This document shows, piece after piece, positions 57,921 through 64,000 of a stretch of DNA of 64,000 nt. A program made the position numbers and the translations under genes. The stretch's first letter is position 1. Every line of letters begins with the position of its first letter. The notes under the pieces are model-generated. The model was not told the origin of the DNA. It saw only the letters and a program-made list of their open reading frames with translations, and searched no databases. Origin of the DNA: an uncultured Mycoplasma sp. (lineage in GTDB: Bacteria; Bacillota_I; Bacilli_A; RF39; UBA660); the NCBI GenBank assembly GCA_945947035.1, contig CAMEXD010000003.1, forward strand, positions 19,760-83,759. The letters run 5' to 3'.

Positions 57921-58295
57921 ATGATTATTTTGGAAAATTGTGTATTTTGTAAAATTATGAAACAGGAAATACCTTCATATACTATATATGAAGATGATAT
58001 TGTAAAAGTCTTTTTAAGTATTGAACCAATTGCTAATGGACATACTTTGATTGTACCTAAAATGCATTATAAAGATATAACTGATATTCCAATTGATGCT
58101 TTAAATCATATTAATAAAATTAGTAAAGAAATCTATGATTTATTAAAAGAAAAATTAAATTTTGATGGTTTAAAATTTGTTCAAAATAATGGTTTTTTTC
58201 AAGATATACCACATTATCATTTACATCTAATACCTCATTATAATAATGAAGAAAAAAAATCATTAGAAGAAATTTACGATATTTTAAAAAAATAA
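57921..58295 (+). CDS. HIT family protein
   Basis: CVFCKI...GHTLIVPK...HYHLHLIP histidine triad. The start is the ATG at 57921 or the TTG at 57930 after AAGGAG; the track's 39-aa extension is rejected. Confidence 0.88.
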   Translation: MIILENCVFCKIMKQEIPSYTIYEDDIVKVFLSIEPIANGHTLIVPKMHYKDITDIPIDALNHINKISKEIYDLLKEKLNFDGLKFVQNNGFFQDIPHYHLHLIPHYNNEEKKSLEEIYDILKK

Positions 58296-58323
58296 AAGGC
58301 AAAAAACCTTTTATTTTTATATG

Positions 58324-58446
58324 CTAATAATAATTAAATGAGCTTAAAATTATAGCAAGTAAAATATATAAAACAACTATTATTACTAATCCAAATCCGC
58401 AATTGTTTCTATCTCTTCTATCATTGTCACAATCTACATTATGCAT
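58324..58446 (-). CDS. YjcZ-like tiny sporulation membrane protein (40 aa)
   Basis: Not in the track. AGGAGGTGAAGTTT-ATG; MHNVDCDNDRRDRNNCGFGLVIIVVLYILLAIILSSFNYY. Confidence 0.6.
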   Translation of the reverse strand: MHNVDCDNDRRDRNNCGFGLVIIVVLYILLAIILSSFNYY

Positions 58447-58463
58447 AAACTTCACCTCCTAAA

Positions 58464-58541
58464 CTAGATCCAAGCTCCAAGTATAATAATTAGTAAAATA
58501 AATAAAACTAAAATAATTGCAGATGATGAAACACAGTTCAT
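58464..58541 (-). CDS. YjcZ-like tiny sporulation membrane protein (25 aa)
   Basis: Not in the track. AGGAGGAATGAATT-ATG; MNCVSSSAIILVLFILLIIILGAWI. Confidence 0.6.
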   Translation of the reverse strand: MNCVSSSAIILVLFILLIIILGAWI

Positions 58542-58683
58542 AATTCATTCCTCCTTTTTTTTATTCTAAAATATTTTATGGCAGACCTTGAATTTTGTGT
58601 ATATAATTGTCTAATTTGTTGATTTTTTAAGATGCTTTTGTTATGATAATATTATAGTTTTTTGAAAGGAGAAAAATATTGTA

Positions 58684-59664
58684 ATGAAAAAACTAACAAA
58701 ATTATTAATCATACCTGTTATAGCATTTTCTCTTGTTGGCTGTGGAAAAGTACCTGTACTTGAAAATGGTCAAGAAGCAGTTGCTACAACAAATAAAGGA
58801 AATATTTCTGCAGAAGATTTATATGAAGAATTAAAAACAACTTATGGTAATAACGTACTTATTGATTTAATTGACAAACTTATTTTAAATGAAAAATATG
58901 AAGAAACTGATGAAGAAAAATCTTATATTAAAGAACAAATTGAAAAGCTTGAAGATGTTGCAACAAGTAATAATATGACATTTTTATCTTATATCAATTA
59001 TTATGGATTTGAAAATAAAGATGATTTAGAAGATTACCTTGTATTAAATTACAGAAGACAATTAGCAGCAAAAGATTATATCAAATCTACTATTAAAGAC
59101 AAGGAAGTTGAAAAATATTATGAAGAAAATATCTATGGTGATATTAAAGTTAAACATATTCTAATTGAGCCAAAAACTTTAACAGGAATGACTTCTGAAG
59201 AAATAGATAAAGCTACAAAAGAAGCATTAAAAACAGCAAAAGAAATTATTCAAAAATTAAAAGATGGTGAAGATTTTGATAAACTAGCTGAAAAATATTC
59301 AGATGATAAAGCAAATAATAAAAAAGGTGGAGATTTAGGTTGGTTTAATACTGGAGAAATGGAAGAAGAATTTGAAAAAGCAGCTTTTGATCTAAAAAAA
59401 GGAAAATACACAACAACTCCAGTAAAAACAAAATACGGATACCATATTATTTACAAAACAGATGAAAAAGCAAAACCAAAACTTGAGGATATAAAAGATG
59501 AAATTCTTGATAATTTAGTTGATGAAAAATTAAATGAAGATTCTACTTTATATTATAAATCTTTGGAAGAAGTAAGAAAAGAAGCAGATTTAAAAATTGA
59601 AGATTCATTTTTAAATGATGCTTATAATGATTATATGAAAAAATTAAAATCTAGTAATAATTAA
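58684..59664 (+). CDS. prsA: Foldase PrsA-like peptidylprolyl isomerase lipoprotein
   Basis: Lipobox LVGCG and a parvulin domain VKHILI...GGDLGWF...GYHIIYK. Confidence 0.88.
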   Translation: MKKLTKLLIIPVIAFSLVGCGKVPVLENGQEAVATTNKGNISAEDLYEELKTTYGNNVLIDLIDKLILNEKYEETDEEKSYIKEQIEKLEDVATSNNMTFLSYINYYGFENKDDLEDYLVLNYRRQLAAKDYIKSTIKDKEVEKYYEENIYGDIKVKHILIEPKTLTGMTSEEIDKATKEALKTAKEIIQKLKDGEDFDKLAEKYSDDKANNKKGGDLGWFNTGEMEEEFEKAAFDLKKGKYTTTPVKTKYGYHIIYKTDEKAKPKLEDIKDEILDNLVDEKLNEDSTLYYKSLEEVRKEADLKIEDSFLNDAYNDYMKKLKSSNN

Positions 59665-59684
59665 AAAAAGCCATAAGGCTTTTT

Positions 59685-59686
<2 letters not shown>
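59663..59686. terminator. Bidirectional terminator between prsA and the pilin-like gene
   Basis: AAAAAAAGCC-ATAA-GGCTTTTTTT. Confidence 0.75.
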
Positions 59687-62070
<2,384 letters not shown>

Positions 62071-62120
62071 TTATCTCCTATAAATATATTATAGGATAAA
62101 ATTATATTAGAAACAAGAAA

Positions 62121-62147
62121 AAGATAGAAATTTTTACTTTCTATCTT
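62121..62147 (-). terminator. Terminator of the IS-disrupted gene
   Basis: AAGATAGAAA-N7-TTTCTATCTT, followed by a T-run on the minus strand. Confidence 0.6.
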
Positions 62148-62153
62148 TCTTAT

Positions 62154-62237
62154 TTATCTTCCTAAATATTCTATAATTATTGTAATAGGTGCATTAGTAA
62201 AATAAGAACCAGAATTAATATTTTCAAGTTTAGGTGA
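62154..62237 (-). pseudogene. 3' fragment of a gene split by the IS110 element
   Basis: Open frame SPKLENINSGSYFTNAPITIIIEYLGR-stop with its own terminator and no start. Confidence 0.45.
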
Positions 62238-62239
62238 CT

Positions 62240-63830
62240 AACTATAAGAAGTCAAGTAATTTTAAACAAAAATCTTAAAAAGATTTTTGTTCCACGTCAA
62301 AAAGATTTTAAAAATAACCATTTTTAAAACTTTATGCCGCGGTATATGAAGATATAAAATAGTACACCAATTATTTTATATCAGATTTAAAAGTGATATT
62401 TTCAGATTCTAACTTATAAATAATTCTAACAAGTTTTTTTGCAACATGAGATAAAGCAACTCTATGAGTCTTACCTTCGTTACGCTTTTTATAATAGAAT
62501 TCTGTGAATATAGATTCATGTAAAAAAACATAATCGGCAGCATTTAAAAGATGATATCTCAAATGGCCAGAACCATGCTTAACCATTTTACCATCATGTT
62601 GTTCTGTTCCAGATTCGGAAATACTAGGTTCAATGCCAGCAAAAGCAACCATGGCATCAGCAGATTTAAATCTAGAAATATCACCGAATTCAGAAATAAT
62701 AGCTGCACATGAAATAGGACCAATTCCTTTAATAGAAAGAGTTGGTGGATTAAGTTCTTTGATAATTACTTCAATTTTATCATCATATTGTTTGATTATA
62801 GAATTAATATTATCGTAAAGATTAAGCATATTTTCAAGATCAAATTCTAAATAATCATCAGATTGTCCAATAGTATTTTTAGCAGCTTCTTTGATTTTTA
62901 AAAATTTAGCATAAGAAAATTTGCCTCTAGCAACTTTGTTAATAGAATCAAAGTCTTTCATATTTTTGATTTTATCAGGAGTTTTATATTTACTTAAAAT
63001 ATAAAGAGAAGTAATAGAAAATTCATTATCAAATAAAGGTTTAAATTCTGGAAAAATCAAATCTAAAATATTAGTTATTTGATTTAAATAGTATGATCGT
63101 TGAGTAACTAATTTATCTCTTTTTCTAGATAGAGATTTTAAAGAAAATTTGTGATAAAATTGTTTTGGATGGGGTTTGTAATCCACAGAAATAAGATACT
63201 TAGTAATTTGGAATGCATCTTTCTTGTCTGTTTTAGTTCTTCTAAGGGTTTGACCTTTGATGAATTGCTTAACCAAAGCAGGATTAAATTCCATAAAAGA
63301 ATAGTTGTTCTTTTCAAGGAATAGCTTAAGGTTTATGCCATAATGACCAGTAGCTTCAAATCCTATCCTAATTTCATGATTATTATCTAAAGAATTTAAT
63401 AAATTAAGTAATTGAGTAAATCCTTCATTGGTGTTTTGGAAGAAAAAATTTTCTTCAATTACTTCGCCTGTTTCAGAACAAATGAAACAGTCATGTTTGT
63501 ATTTTGAAATATCAATACCAACAAAATATATAAAAACACCTCCTAATTAGTATTAATGCACTGCATGTTTTTGACACAGGTACTTCTATTTATGGATTCA
63601 CGTAGGATATAAAACGTCAATGCGTTAACTAACTAATTACCAATAAAAATAAAAGCCTGTGGTAGTTGTCACCTCAAACCAGTCAAAGCCGGAGAATTAT
63701 AGATACAAATCCACAGTGCTTAAATATTATAACCCTAAAAAGTTATATAAAAAATATAAATAGAAAGGGATCTAATATAGGTCATTTAGACCATAATTAG
63801 ATTATACGTGAATTTAGATAAATAGATCTA
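62240..63830 (-). mobile_element. IS110-family insertion sequence (ends approximate)
   Basis: Single DEDD-type transposase gene, a ~270-nt structured upstream non-coding region, and a downstream terminator CAAAAATCTT-N4-AGATTTTTG. Flanked by the two halves of an interrupted ORF. No terminal inverted repeats, as expected for IS110. Confidence 0.6.
62371..63531 (-). CDS. IS110 family transposase (386 codons, probable non-ATG start)
   Basis: The track ORF starts at an internal Met (63294). The frame is open 79 codons further upstream and encodes IYFVGIDISKYKHDCF... (the GIDxxK DEDD N-terminus). GGAGG lies 7 nt upstream of ATA at 63531. C-terminal transposase_20-like region GIGPISCAAIISEFGDISRF. 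Confidence 0.8.
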   Translation of the reverse strand: MYFVGIDISKYKHDCFICSETGEVIEENFFFQNTNEGFTQLLNLLNSLDNNHEIRIGFEATGHYGINLKLFLEKNNYSFMEFNPALVKQFIKGQTLRRTKTDKKDAFQITKYLISVDYKPHPKQFYHKFSLKSLSRKRDKLVTQRSYYLNQITNILDLIFPEFKPLFDNEFSITSLYILSKYKTPDKIKNMKDFDSINKVARGKFSYAKFLKIKEAAKNTIGQSDDYLEFDLENMLNLYDNINSIIKQYDDKIEVIIKELNPPTLSIKGIGPISCAAIISEFGDISRFKSADAMVAFAGIEPSISESGTEQHDGKMVKHGSGHLRYHLLNAADYVFLHESIFTEFYYKKRNEGKTHRVALSHVAKKLVRIIYKLESENITFKSDIK

Positions 63831-64000
63831 TTTGTTAAATTAACAAGTTCATATGCATTTGATATATTATTTACTGTAATAATACCTTGTGAAGTTAATT
63901 TTAAAGGTGATTCATCATAAATCCATTGACTAGAACCAATAAATACATCATCTGTTCCAACTAATCTAAAACCAATTGTTACAAAATCAATTTTTGGATC
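63797..64000 (-). pseudogene. 5' part of the gene split by the IS110 element (continues beyond window end)
   Basis: Open frame DPKIDFVTIGFRLVGTDDVFIGSSQWIYDESPLKLTSQGIITVNNISNAYELVNLTN..., then runs into IS sequence and stops at 63797. Confidence 0.45.

Overview
This is a very AT-rich (by eye about 25-30% G+C, not computed), gene-dense chromosomal segment from a low-GC, endospore-forming Firmicute. The spore-former call rests on spoIIGA-sigE, spoIVA, spoIIIAH, gerE, gerM, ylbJ and two yjcZ-like mini-genes; a finer lineage cannot be called from sequence alone. There are about 60 protein genes, mostly on the minus strand. The backbone is housekeeping: rsmI, mutS, priA, RNase J, uvrC, rnhC, holA, murD, an rlmD-like gene, mscL, efp, rpmG, uppP/uppS, cca, hup, ftsY/ylxM, rpsD, a parE/gyrB-family gene, rmuC, prsA, ligA and ltaS, plus tRNA-Arg(UCU) and tRNA-Pro(UGG). 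Several accessory or unusual pieces sit in this backbone.

1. Three secreted/anchored protein genes (two in tandem at 3.2-5.9 kb, one at 30-31.5 kb) share one promoter, 5' leader, RBS and signal cassette. Two of them carry a poly-G tract seven codons after the start codon: 10 G is out of frame, 9 G is in frame. This is contingency-locus architecture.
2. An Abi_2 abortive-infection gene lies beside the tRNA pair. It is bracketed by a 31-bp structured inverted repeat whose only sequence differences are compensatory stem changes.
3. An AAA+/PD-(D/E)XK (DUF4143-type) gene appears to have been inserted downstream of rmuC. It lies between ~93-bp direct repeats that contain 33-bp iteron-like tandem units.
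4. An IS110-family element has a non-ATG start and a structured upstream non-coding region (bridge-RNA candidate). It splits a gene.
5. Two tandem ~272-bp non-coding modules with promoter-like and terminator motifs lie between rnhC and holA.
6. There are scattered type IV pilin-like genes and a GspE/PilB ATPase with a long Asn-rich tail.
7. The RNase J has degenerate metal-binding motifs.
8. A small gene-decay zone contains a nonsense-interrupted DUF5412 gene.

Four real features missing from the ORF track were read directly from the sequence: rsmI, rpmG, the two yjcZ-like genes and the IS110 N-terminus. No CRISPR array or rRNA was seen.
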